Below are positions 40,201 through 47,327 of a DNA stretch of 64,000 bases, piece by piece. The position numbers and the translations under genes are program-made. The first letter of the stretch is position 1, and each line of letters begins with the position of its first letter. The notes under the pieces were generated by a model. The model did not search any database. It had not been told where the DNA came from and saw nothing but the letters and a program-made list of their open reading frames with translations. Where the stretch lies: the NCBI GenBank assembly GCA_021824635.1, contig JAKAKD010000001.1, positions 2,351 to 66,350 of the forward strand. The letters run 5' to 3'. The DNA comes from Bacteroidota bacterium (GTDB lineage Bacteria > Bacteroidota > Ignavibacteria > Ignavibacteriales > Melioribacteraceae).

Positions 40201-40753
40201 GAGAGAAATAACATTGAAAATAAAAGCTCACCCTTTGGATGTTCTGAAAATATTGCGTGACCGCTTAAAAATTGACGATGATACAACAAACAAAAAAATT
40301 AATTTAATTGAAGAACCGTTCCAGAAGAATGATCCGGAGCAGTACAGCAAGAGTATTGAATACAACGCGAAAACCAAACCGACTATTCTTATTGTTGATG
40401 ATGATAATGATGCGCTTTTTACCATCGGAGAATTTGTAAAAGAATTAAACTGCGATACAATTTTTGCCCACAATGGAATGGAGTGTTTGTTAACACTTAA
40501 CCATGTTCAGCCGGATCTAATATTTCTTGATATAATGATGCCGCAGATGGACGGTTTTGAAACTATCAAGCGGATCCGCGGTGATGAGAAATTCGCCAAA
40601 ATTCCGGTTATTGCTTTAACTGCATATGCAATGCTTGATAATAAAAATATTATTGAAAAAAATGGTTTTAATGATCTGGTGACAAAACCGATTAATTCTA
40701 AAATCCTTGCCGCCAAGATGAGTAAATTCCTTTTATCTAAAGTTGATAAATAA
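37211..40753 (+). CDS. large hybrid sensor histidine kinase (2 TM periplasmic sensor, HAMP, GAF-like, HisKA, HATPase_c, two degenerate REC-like domains, one canonical REC)
   Basis: HAMP (ITGKGNLDHRV...DEVGRLGETFNKM), H-box SHELRTPL, G-box DTGIGI...GGAGLGLAICK and C-terminal REC (ILIVDDDND...DLIFLDIMMPQMDG...K). The two central receiver-like modules lack the acidic pocket. Confidence 0.85.
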   Translation: MKLNYRLILITLLIVLFISVISTFIFYSLAGRLLMQQQSKNILNSANDFAFVFQNELSKVEEDFKKIAPRINKFDQINLDSTAIDFCFTLVNDSLINTHEFKIKTKSYLNIRSSSFRQFFSDNPNVVLRYAQFPSGRTVYYGNQISSDFLNRISQKIRAEVALVINDSPVEISNPDKNQIHLLAVINAVRELKFKNSFDLYTNEYENADFYAALFLPKSFLTPGAKLNFIVFNVFKEGVEFRDTLRIVMVIIVIAGSAITFLIVLGFTIKLRKQISLLSEAAEITGKGNLDHRVKIITKDEVGRLGETFNKMLDELVLNKKNEKEYSEFITLINQNPTMKEISDAALAKIIKSTGLTFGVLYIVENKALRLISSFGVSQNIVEMTQNADLYSNAIDKKEKVEFHFHDNFPEIKTGIATIKIKYLTIYPIVYNKETIAVLELASESAPREEVLNYISIIHDQLAVGITNAKSFEQLENFVNELKKLNEEYQKQNQHIIEQNSQLKELHRELKEKAGELEKQRAKAVELTRVKSDFLASMSHELRTPLISILGLTELLIKDTLVTSRTKDRLNIVHRNGEKLLGLINNILEFSKFESGKIEIKKESFLLSDLLKELNPNIKHLTSEKNLKYILEIENNSNALINSDKGKLEQILLNLLVNAVKFTENGSIKLSVNILSGKDIEFIVTDTGIGITEEQQEVIFGEFRQVDSSTARKYGGAGLGLAICKKYIELLGGVLQLKSEIGNGSSFYFTLSDSVLDVFDNPDHKFLTLSEDLNDDEDAELILIINANTDSLRLIGDYLASYNYRIITTASSTDGIRLAKEKLPAAIVLDPLIHDQNVWNIILELKNNLTTRNIPIIITMIIEEEKVGWEPEIFDFISSQVERDDFENLIKEVELHFDNQIRKIVILEKDDTGYKKLVNIFGEKYEFLLLNSVDAVKQKIKEENPQLILIDMESFNIEALQVSFDLSRQRFTKNIPIVFKLPGEFDDKLSKALNSKLREITLKIKAHPLDVLKILRDRLKIDDDTTNKKINLIEEPFQKNDPEQYSKSIEYNAKTKPTILIVDDDNDALFTIGEFVKELNCDTIFAHNGMECLLTLNHVQPDLIFLDIMMPQMDGFETIKRIRGDEKFAKIPVIALTAYAMLDNKNIIEKNGFNDLVTKPINSKILAAKMSKFLLSKVDK

Positions 40754-40756
40754 AAA

Positions 40757-41437
40757 ATGAAAAAAATATTAATAATAGATGATTACCCGGATAATGTTTT
40801 TCTTCTTCAAGACAGACTTGAAAAGGAAGGATTTGAAGTGATAAAGGCATATCACGGTGAAACTGGAATCCAAAAAGCGATTGAAGAAAAACCTGATCTG
40901 ATCCTTTTAGATATCATGATGCCCGATATTTCAGGTTTTGAGGTTTGCAAAATATTGACAGCAAATCAAGAGACAAAGTTAATTCCGATAATTCTTCTTA
41001 CCGCGTTGACCGAAGCCGATAGTCTTAAACAGGGTTTGTCGGCAGGCGCATTCGATTATATTAAAAAACCTTTTAACAGAACAGAACTTATTGCAAGAAT
41101 TAATTCCGCTCTGCGTTTTAGTGAAACAAATAAGATACTTCTTGAAGTAGAAAAGATAAAGACCTACGCCGCAACTGTTGTTACCGCTAATCACGAAATA
41201 AAACAGCCGCTCACTTTAATTAATTTATCTACAGCGGCAATCCGCCGGGAAATATCCAAACCGGACTTCTCCAATGAAGTTATATTGAAGCGAGTTGAAT
41301 TTATTGAAAACGCCGCAAAAGATATTATCAACGTGTTGGATAAACTCGGTTCGATTAAAAAACCTGTAATTACTCCTTACGTAAATGATCTCAACATAAT
41401 AGATTTAAAAGCTGTGGAAGGAAAGTTACCCAATTAA
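40757..41437 (+). CDS. response-regulator receiver fused to a HisKA-like (DHp) domain, without an ATPase domain
   Basis: Canonical REC (ILIIDDYPDN, DLILLDIMMPDISG, KP) followed by an H-box-like TANHEIKQPLTLINL. The ORF ends about 75 aa later with no N/G boxes. Confidence 0.75.
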   Translation: MKKILIIDDYPDNVFLLQDRLEKEGFEVIKAYHGETGIQKAIEEKPDLILLDIMMPDISGFEVCKILTANQETKLIPIILLTALTEADSLKQGLSAGAFDYIKKPFNRTELIARINSALRFSETNKILLEVEKIKTYAATVVTANHEIKQPLTLINLSTAAIRREISKPDFSNEVILKRVEFIENAAKDIINVLDKLGSIKKPVITPYVNDLNIIDLKAVEGKLPN

Positions 41438-42457
41438 TTCGCGTACCAGCGAAAGTAACTCTTCAAAGTTGTATGGCTTGTTTATAATTTTATTCACATT
41501 AACTTTATCAATCTTGCCGCTATCTGTAGGCGAACCCGAAGCGAGAATAATTGGAATATTGTAATTCGCAGATGAAATTTCTTGAATGCATTCAAGTCCG
41601 TCCATTTCTGGCATTTTTCTGTCAATAATCAATAAGTCGGGCATTCTAACTTTTAACGTTTCCAAAACTTCAATTCCGTTAGAAGAAGTAAGAACAGTGT
41701 AATTATATGATTGGAGAAGTTCCGCAAGAAGTTCTCTCAGTATATCTTCATCTTCAGCAATCAATATTGTTTTCCCGCTGTCGTTAGAGTGCTGTGTTGC
41801 CGTGTGTGCAGCTTCTAGAGTGAGTATAAACTCAGTGCCTTTCTCAGGTTCACTTACAACAGCAATTGTTCCGCCGTAATTCTCAATAATCTTTTTTACA
41901 ATTGATAAACCGATCCCGGACGCGGTCTTTTTAGCTTTTGTGGAAAAATCTTCATCAAAAACAAACGGAAGAATCTCTTTATCAATTCCTTTCCCGCTGT
42001 CTTTAATTCGAAGTTCAACTCTCGTCCCGTCATCTATATTTGATGTGGTAAAAGAAATAACTCCCGTTGTATCAATTGATTCGATAGAATTTGTCAGCAA
42101 ATTGAGAATAACCCGGTAGTAGTCAGAATATTTTCCGAGTACAAGTTTTAGATCCGGTTCGAGAGTCAGCTTAAAATCAATTTTTCCTTTTTGCTGAATC
42201 AAAAATGAACGGACAATATCGCTTGTAACTGAATTTAAATTTATTCTTCTAAGATTATTGTTTTTGGATTTATCGCCAAAATTATCGCCTATCATTTCTG
42301 ACGCAAGGTAAGTTCCGGCTTCTATACTGTTGAGGATTGGTAGAATATCTGATGAACTTGAGACTTTTCTTTTTAGAAGATCGATACTATTTAGAATGCG
42401 TGTGAAAATATTATTTAAATCGTGTGCAAGATGTTTTGTGGATGAATCGGTGCTCAT
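41426..42457 (-). CDS. soluble hybrid histidine kinase (HisKA, HATPase_c, REC) without a sensor domain
   Basis: H-box LAHDLNNIFTRIL at the extreme N-terminus, G-boxes DSGKGI and ASGIGLSIVKKIIENYGG, and C-terminal REC (ILIAEDEDIL, DLLIIDRKMPEMDG). No TM. Confidence 0.85.
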   Translation of the reverse strand: MSTDSSTKHLAHDLNNIFTRILNSIDLLKRKVSSSSDILPILNSIEAGTYLASEMIGDNFGDKSKNNNLRRINLNSVTSDIVRSFLIQQKGKIDFKLTLEPDLKLVLGKYSDYYRVILNLLTNSIESIDTTGVISFTTSNIDDGTRVELRIKDSGKGIDKEILPFVFDEDFSTKAKKTASGIGLSIVKKIIENYGGTIAVVSEPEKGTEFILTLEAAHTATQHSNDSGKTILIAEDEDILRELLAELLQSYNYTVLTSSNGIEVLETLKVRMPDLLIIDRKMPEMDGLECIQEISSANYNIPIILASGSPTDSGKIDKVNVNKIINKPYNFEELLSLVRELIG

Positions 42458-42458
42458 T

Positions 42459-43802
42459 CTATTTTAAATTATACTTTAGAATTTTAGAATAGAGAGTCTT
42501 TTGGCTTATATCGAGAGCTCGTGCGGTGTTTTCGCGGTTCCAGTCATTTTGATCGAGCGCTAATTTAATGTGAATCCGTTCAACCTCTTCCATAGATTTG
42601 ATTGTGCCGTCATCTTTGGTGAAGTTTGAAAAATCGAAATCGGTTGAGGGGATATTTAAATCTTTCGGCAAAATGGTTTCAGCTTCAGAAAAAATTATTG
42701 CGCGTTCAATCATGTGTTCAAGTTCTCTAACATTGCCGGGAAAGTTATACCGCTGCAATTCAGTTTTCGCTTCCGCAGAAAGTTTTTTAACGGCTCTAAC
42801 CGGAGATTTCTTCTGTAAAAAATATTCTGAAAGCAAAAGCACATCGCCATTGCGTTCACGCAGCGGGGGAATTGTTAATGTAATTACATTCAATCGGAAC
42901 AGTAGATCGCGGCGGAAATTTTTTCTCTCAGCTTCTTCCATCAGATTTTTATTTGTAGCGCCAATGACTCTAACGGATGATGTAAGATTTGTAACTCCGC
43001 CAACTCTTCTGAACTCTCCATTCTCAAGAAATCGTAACAGCTTCGGTTGAAGAGCCAAACTCAGTTCGCCGATCTCATCAAGAAATAAAGAACCTCCATT
43101 GGCAATTTCAACCAGACCTTGCTTTGAATTTTTCGCATCTGTGAAAGCGCCTTTTTCATATCCAAAAAGCTCACTTTCAATTAATTGATCTGGAAGCGAC
43201 GCACAATTAATTGCAACAAAAGGCTTATCTGCACGGTTAGAATTTTTATGAATAAATTCAGCGAATAATTCTTTACCGGTTCCGGTTTCTCCTTCAAGCA
43301 AAATATTCGATTCCGATTTAGCGGCACGTTCCGCTAATTTCAAAATGCTTTTAATCTTTTCGCTCTCGCCGATAATTGTATTTGGAGGAGTCTGGCTGAT
43401 TTTCGAGGTCAGAATTTTATTTTTTATTAGAAGATCTTTGTAGCCAAGTGCACGCTCTATTGTAACGCAAAGTTGACCAAATTCATATGGCTTTGTAATA
43501 AAATCATAAGCGCCTTGTTTGATACAATCTATTGCCGTGCGGATGTCAGACTTTGCGGTAAGAACAATTACTTGTAAAGATGGATAGTTGTCTTTTACGT
43601 GGGCTAAAACCTTTTCGCCGTGAACTTCTCGCATTTCTAGATCGAGGAGTAGAACATCATAATACCTTTTTTTCAAATTTTCGATGGCATCTTTGCCGTC
43701 ATAAACAACATCAACAGAATACCCTTCATTTACCAGTTCTTCTTTGAGGAGGTAACAGAGGGTTTCATCGTCATCTGCTATAAGTATTCTAGAATCTTTC
43801 AT
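42459..43802 (-). CDS. sigma54-dependent response regulator (NtrC/PilR family)
   Basis: REC ([17 protein letters not shown]), AAA+ Walker [15 protein letters not shown]-type loop EKGAFTDA and C-terminal Fis-type HTH ([18 protein letters not shown]). Confidence 0.92.
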   Translation of the reverse strand: MKDSRILIADDDETLCYLLKEELVNEGYSVDVVYDGKDAIENLKKRYYDVLLLDLEMREVHGEKVLAHVKDNYPSLQVIVLTAKSDIRTAIDCIKQGAYDFITKPYEFGQLCVTIERALGYKDLLIKNKILTSKISQTPPNTIIGESEKIKSILKLAERAAKSESNILLEGETGTGKELFAEFIHKNSNRADKPFVAINCASLPDQLIESELFGYEKGAFTDAKNSKQGLVEIANGGSLFLDEIGELSLALQPKLLRFLENGEFRRVGGVTNLTSSVRVIGATNKNLMEEAERKNFRRDLLFRLNVITLTIPPLRERNGDVLLLSEYFLQKKSPVRAVKKLSAEAKTELQRYNFPGNVRELEHMIERAIIFSEAETILPKDLNIPSTDFDFSNFTKDDGTIKSMEEVERIHIKLALDQNDWNRENTARALDISQKTLYSKILKYNLK

Positions 43803-43933
43803 TTACGGTTAATTTTACGTGCCAATAATATATAAAAAAAGAGCGAGAAAAATAATTTTTGAAATCATTTATAACTGCCTTTGGAAATTAGGCGTTATAG
43901 AATTATATTTACGCCCGCAAATTTTATTGATGG

Positions 43934-44005
43934 GGGCGCGTAGCTCAGTGGTAGAGCAACACCCTTTTAAGGTGAAGGTCGGTGGTTCGAGCCCACCCGT
44001 GCTCA
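43934..44005 (+). tRNA. tRNA-Lys (anticodon UUU)
   Basis: Hand-folded cloverleaf. Acceptor GGGCGCG/CGTGCTC, D arm GCTC-AGTGGTA-GAGC, anticodon loop CTTTTAA, T arm GGTGG-TTCGAGC-CCACC, discriminator A. CCA is not encoded. Confidence 0.9.
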
Positions 44006-44006
44006 C

Positions 44007-44039
44007 AAAAAACCCAATATGAATAATATTGGGTTTTTC
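44007..44039. terminator. bidirectional intrinsic terminator (tRNA-Lys on + strand, yebC on - strand)
   Basis: The hairpin AAAAACCCAATAT-GAATA-ATATTGGGTTTTT is flanked by A and T runs. Confidence 0.8.
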
Positions 44040-44070
44040 ATTTTTAAAGAAAATCAAACAGACAGGGTCT

Positions 44071-44781
44071 TTACTGCATATTATGATATACCGATTGAAC
44101 ATCATCATCTTCTTCAAGAGCTTCAATTAATTCTTGCACTTCCTTTTTTTGTTCTTCTGATAATTCTTTGTAATTAACCGGAAGATATTGAAGCTCGGTT
44201 GCTTTGATCTCTATATTTCTTTCTTCAAGCGCTTTCTGCATCGAACCATATTCCTGAAACGGCGCATAGATATAAATGAACTCATCATCATTGGAAAAAT
44301 CATCTAGTCCGGAGTCAATTAATTCCAGCTCTAAATTATCCAAATCGGTTCCGGCGGATTTTACGGCTTTGAATAATCCTTTTCTTTCAAACATGAAAGC
44401 AATAGAACCGGTAGTGCCTAACGAACCTTCGTGTTTCTTAAAGATATGACGGACGTTCGCGACAGTCCTTGTCGGATTGTCGGTTGCGCATTCAACTATG
44501 ACGCCAATTCCGTGCGGAGCGTATCCTTCATAAATAATTTCCACATATCCGGATGTGTCTTTTGAAGAAGCTCTTTTAATTGCGGCTTCAACTTTATCTT
44601 TTGGCATGTTAACGCTTTTGGCGTTCTGGATTGCAATCCTAAGTTTAGAATTTGATTTTTGATCTGGTCCGCCTGCTTTTACAGCAATTTCAATCTCTTT
44701 TCTAACTCTGTTGAAAGCTTTTGACATTCTTGCGTAACGCGCAAACATAACATGCTTTCTTGTCTCAAAAATTCTTCCCAT
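44071..44781 (-). CDS. yebC: YebC/PmpR-family DNA-binding protein
   Basis: 236 aa. The N-terminus MGRIFETRKHVMFARYARMSKAF matches the Bacteroidota-style YebC variant. Conserved AIQNAKSVNMPKD..EAAIKRA and YEGYAPHGIGVIVE blocks are present. Confidence 0.88.
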   Translation of the reverse strand: MGRIFETRKHVMFARYARMSKAFNRVRKEIEIAVKAGGPDQKSNSKLRIAIQNAKSVNMPKDKVEAAIKRASSKDTSGYVEIIYEGYAPHGIGVIVECATDNPTRTVANVRHIFKKHEGSLGTTGSIAFMFERKGLFKAVKSAGTDLDNLELELIDSGLDDFSNDDEFIYIYAPFQEYGSMQKALEERNIEIKATELQYLPVNYKELSEEQKKEVQELIEALEEDDDVQSVYHNMQ

Positions 44782-44925
44782 TTTTTACTCAGCCTTGGTT
44801 AAATAATTTTTTTTTGATGGACAAATTTACAAATTCATTTTCAATTTTTTGGGGTGAAAATAGCTAAGCACTCTAGTAAAAATTACTTTTTGGGGTACAA
44901 AATCATAAAAATTATAATTCTCTCA

Positions 44926-44954
44926 TTGACAAAACCGGATTTCTGTTATACATT
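44926..44954 (+). promoter_or_regulatory. candidate sigma70-type promoter for the trp leader (TTGACA-17-TACATT)
   Basis: TTGACA at 44926-44931, a 17-nt spacer and TACATT at 44949-44954. An alternative TTGGGG-17-TATAAT lies at 44890-44918. Confidence 0.45.
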
Positions 44955-44964
44955 TGCAACCAAG

Positions 44965-45033
44965 ATGACAAACGAAAAGAAGATAGCAAATAAAAATTGG
45001 TGGTGGTGGAGAAATATTTCTCTGCTATCCTAA
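44965..45033 (+). CDS. Trp-rich leader peptide MTNEKKIANKNWWWWRNISLLS
   Basis: A 22-codon ORF (too short for the ORF track) has four consecutive TGG codons at 44998-45009. It is followed by alternative hairpins and lies 120 nt upstream of trpB2. Confidence 0.75.
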   Translation: MTNEKKIANKNWWWWRNISLLS

Positions 45034-45056
45034 TGCTTTAAATAGATTTTAACAAC

Positions 45057-45127
45057 AAGCCGTGGATGGTAGAACCGTTCACGGCTTTTTTGTATCCAGC
45101 CGTGAACTTCCATTCAGCGGCTTTTTT
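45057..45127 (+). terminator. tandem intrinsic terminators of the trp attenuator (T1 45057-45091, T2 45098-45127)
   Basis: T1 is a 13-bp stem AAGCCGTGGATGG/CCGTTCACGGCTT followed by six T. T2 is AGCCGTGAA/TTCAGCGGCT (one bulge) followed by TTTTTTATTTT. The 3' arm of T1 can alternatively pair with the 5' arm of T2 (45078-45086 with 45098-45106). Confidence 0.75.
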
Positions 45128-45152
45128 ATTTTATACATAATAGGAGGTTCAC

Positions 45153-46499
45153 ATGTCAAGCAACAAAATAGTTTTTCTCGATCAGTCTCAAATGCCAACT
45201 CACTACTATAATATTCTTGCGGATTTACCCAAACCGATGGATCCGCCGTTACATCCCGGTACAAAGCAGCCAATAGGTCCGCAAGACTTATCTGCAATTT
45301 TTCCAATGGAGTTGATCAAACAAGAAGTCTCACAAGAAAGATTCATAGAAATTCCGGATGAAGTACGAGATCTTTATAAATTGAGTCGCCCAACTCCGCT
45401 AATCCGCGCAAGCAATCTTGAAAAAGCTTTGGGCACACCGGCAAAAATTTATTTTAAGTATGAAGGCGCAAATCCAACCGGAAGTCATAAAACCAATACA
45501 TCGTATGCGCAGGCATATTACAACAAGCAGGCCGGAATTAAAAAGCTTGTAACGGAAACCGGAGCTGGACAGTGGGGCAGTGCGCTTGCTATGGCTTGCA
45601 AGCATTTCGATCTGGAGTGTGAGGTGTTTATGGTGAAGGTGAGCTACAATCAGAAACCGTACCGTAAGACTTTTATGAAATTGTTCGGCGCTGAAGTCCA
45701 TGCTAGTCCATCAATATATACCAACGCGGGAAGAAATATTCTAAACAACGATCCCGATTCTCCAGGTTCACTTGGAATTGCAATCAGCGAGGCAATTGAA
45801 GTTGCAGTACAGCGTGAAGATACAAATTACAGTTTAGGAAGTGTGCTCAATCATGTACTGCTTCATCAAACAATCATTGGAGAGGAAGCACGTATTCAGA
45901 TGGAAATGGCCGGCGCTTATCCTGATATTGTAATTGGATGTCTTGGCGGCGGAAGTAATTTTGCGGGAATTGCATTCCCATTTTTACGAGATAAACTTAC
46001 CGGCGTAAAGAAAGATTTAAAAGTAATTGCTGTTGAACCGGCATCGTGTCCTACTCTTACAGAAGGGAAGTATGAATATGATTTTGGAGATGAAGCGGGA
46101 ATGACTCCTTTAATGAAAATGTACACACTCGGTCATGATTTCATACCGCCAAAGATTCACGCAGGCGGTTTGCGCTATCATGGCGCTGCACCGTCAGTTT
46201 CATTGCTTTATAACACCGGTGCAATCAGCGCAAGCGCTTACGAGCAATTAGATGTATTCCAAGCCGCGCAGTTCTTCGCTCAAACCGAGGGAATTATTCC
46301 TGCGCCGGAAAGTTCTCATGCAATCAAAGAGACGATTGTGCAGGCTCTACGGTGCAATGAAACAGGAGAGGCAAAGACAATTTTATTTAATCTTTCCGGC
46401 AACGGATTTTTGGATTTAGGTTCTTATGAAATGTTTTTAGAAAATCAGCTTGAGAATTACTCCGGCGAAACAAAATATGCGGATATTGCAGTTGGTTGA
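45153..46499 (+). CDS. trpB: TrpB2-type tryptophan synthase beta-subunit-like PLP enzyme
   Basis: PLP-lysine block [13 protein letters not shown] and glycine loop [11 protein letters not shown]. The 448-aa length with an N-terminal extension is typical of TrpB2. AGGAGG lies 5 nt upstream of the ATG. Confidence 0.88.
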   Translation: MSSNKIVFLDQSQMPTHYYNILADLPKPMDPPLHPGTKQPIGPQDLSAIFPMELIKQEVSQERFIEIPDEVRDLYKLSRPTPLIRASNLEKALGTPAKIYFKYEGANPTGSHKTNTSYAQAYYNKQAGIKKLVTETGAGQWGSALAMACKHFDLECEVFMVKVSYNQKPYRKTFMKLFGAEVHASPSIYTNAGRNILNNDPDSPGSLGIAISEAIEVAVQREDTNYSLGSVLNHVLLHQTIIGEEARIQMEMAGAYPDIVIGCLGGGSNFAGIAFPFLRDKLTGVKKDLKVIAVEPASCPTLTEGKYEYDFGDEAGMTPLMKMYTLGHDFIPPKIHAGGLRYHGAAPSVSLLYNTGAISASAYEQLDVFQAAQFFAQTEGIIPAPESSHAIKETIVQALRCNETGEAKTILFNLSGNGFLDLGSYEMFLENQLENYSGETKYADIAVG

Positions 46500-46509
46500 T
46501 TTCACTTAA

Positions 46510-46537
46510 GCAGAGACGGAAGATATTCCGTCTCTGC
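46510..46537 (+). terminator. stem-loop after trpB2
   Basis: Perfect 12-bp stem GCAGAGACGGAA-GATA-TTCCGTCTCTGC. The downstream T-run is weak. Confidence 0.55.
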
Positions 46538-46596
46538 AATATTTGCATAACCAGTTATGCTTCATTAACTTTTCATGAAAAAAAATATACAAAAGA

Positions 46597-47250
46597 ATGA
46601 ATTCGGTTCTGCAAATATTTCTAAGTAGCCTTCTGCTTAGTTTGGTTCACGCTTCAATACCAAGCCATTGGTTGCCCTTAATTGCTATTGGAAAAGCGGA
46701 GAAGTGGACAGACAAGGAAACAGTAACTGTAACTGCAATTACAGGAGCGTCTCACACAATAAGTACTGTAATTATAGGAATCATAGTCGGGCTTGTCGGC
46801 TATAAACTATCCGAGTCATATCATTATATTACTCATATTGTAGCACCGATAATTTTAATTCTTCTTGGGTTAATTTATTTATTCTTGGAATACCGACACA
46901 GTTTAATAAGAACCGCGCATCAACATCACCACATACATGTTGATGAAATAATAGAAAAACGGAAGAGTAAGAGATCAATTGTATTTACTCTGAGTGTAGC
47001 AATGTTCTTCTCGCCATGTTTGGAAATAGAAGTATATTATTTCACGGCAAGCCGATTGGGCTGGCTGGGAATTGGAATTGTTTCGATCGTTTATTTTTTT
47101 GTTACTGTTCTCGGAATGATGTTTCTGGTTCACTTTGCATCAAAGGGAGTTCGTAAACTCAACTGGCATTTTCTGGAACATCATGATAAACTGATAAGCG
47201 GAATTGTGCTTATACTTGTTGGCTTGCTTGCTTTTTTTGTGGAATATTAA
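46597..47250 (+). CDS. membrane protein with a His-rich loop; possible divalent-metal (Ni/Co-type) transporter
   Basis: Six hydrophobic segments and a central loop RHSLIRTAHQHHHIHVDE. An N-terminal HASIPSHW motif is present. Family assignment is tentative. Confidence 0.4.
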   Translation: MNSVLQIFLSSLLLSLVHASIPSHWLPLIAIGKAEKWTDKETVTVTAITGASHTISTVIIGIIVGLVGYKLSESYHYITHIVAPIILILLGLIYLFLEYRHSLIRTAHQHHHIHVDEIIEKRKSKRSIVFTLSVAMFFSPCLEIEVYYFTASRLGWLGIGIVSIVYFFVTVLGMMFLVHFASKGVRKLNWHFLEHHDKLISGIVLILVGLLAFFVEY

Positions 47251-47327
47251 ATACGAAATACCTCAAAACAAAGTGAAGAATCAGAAATCAATTATTAATG
47301 ACTCTTCACTTCGTTGAGTTCAAAAAC

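Noticed and set aside
43819-44126. Track ORFs 43819-44022 (+) and 43869-44126 (-)
   Set aside because: Both run across the tRNA-Lys gene and its terminator. Their translations (e.g. ...GARSSVVEQHPFKVKVGGSSPP) are simply the tRNA sequence read as protein, so they are not genes.
45079-45306. 75-aa minus-strand ORF overlapping the trpB2 start
   Set aside because: It is antisense to the attenuator terminators and the trpB2 5' end. It has no ribosome-binding site and no recognisable motif, and the region is fully explained by the leader/attenuator and trpB2.
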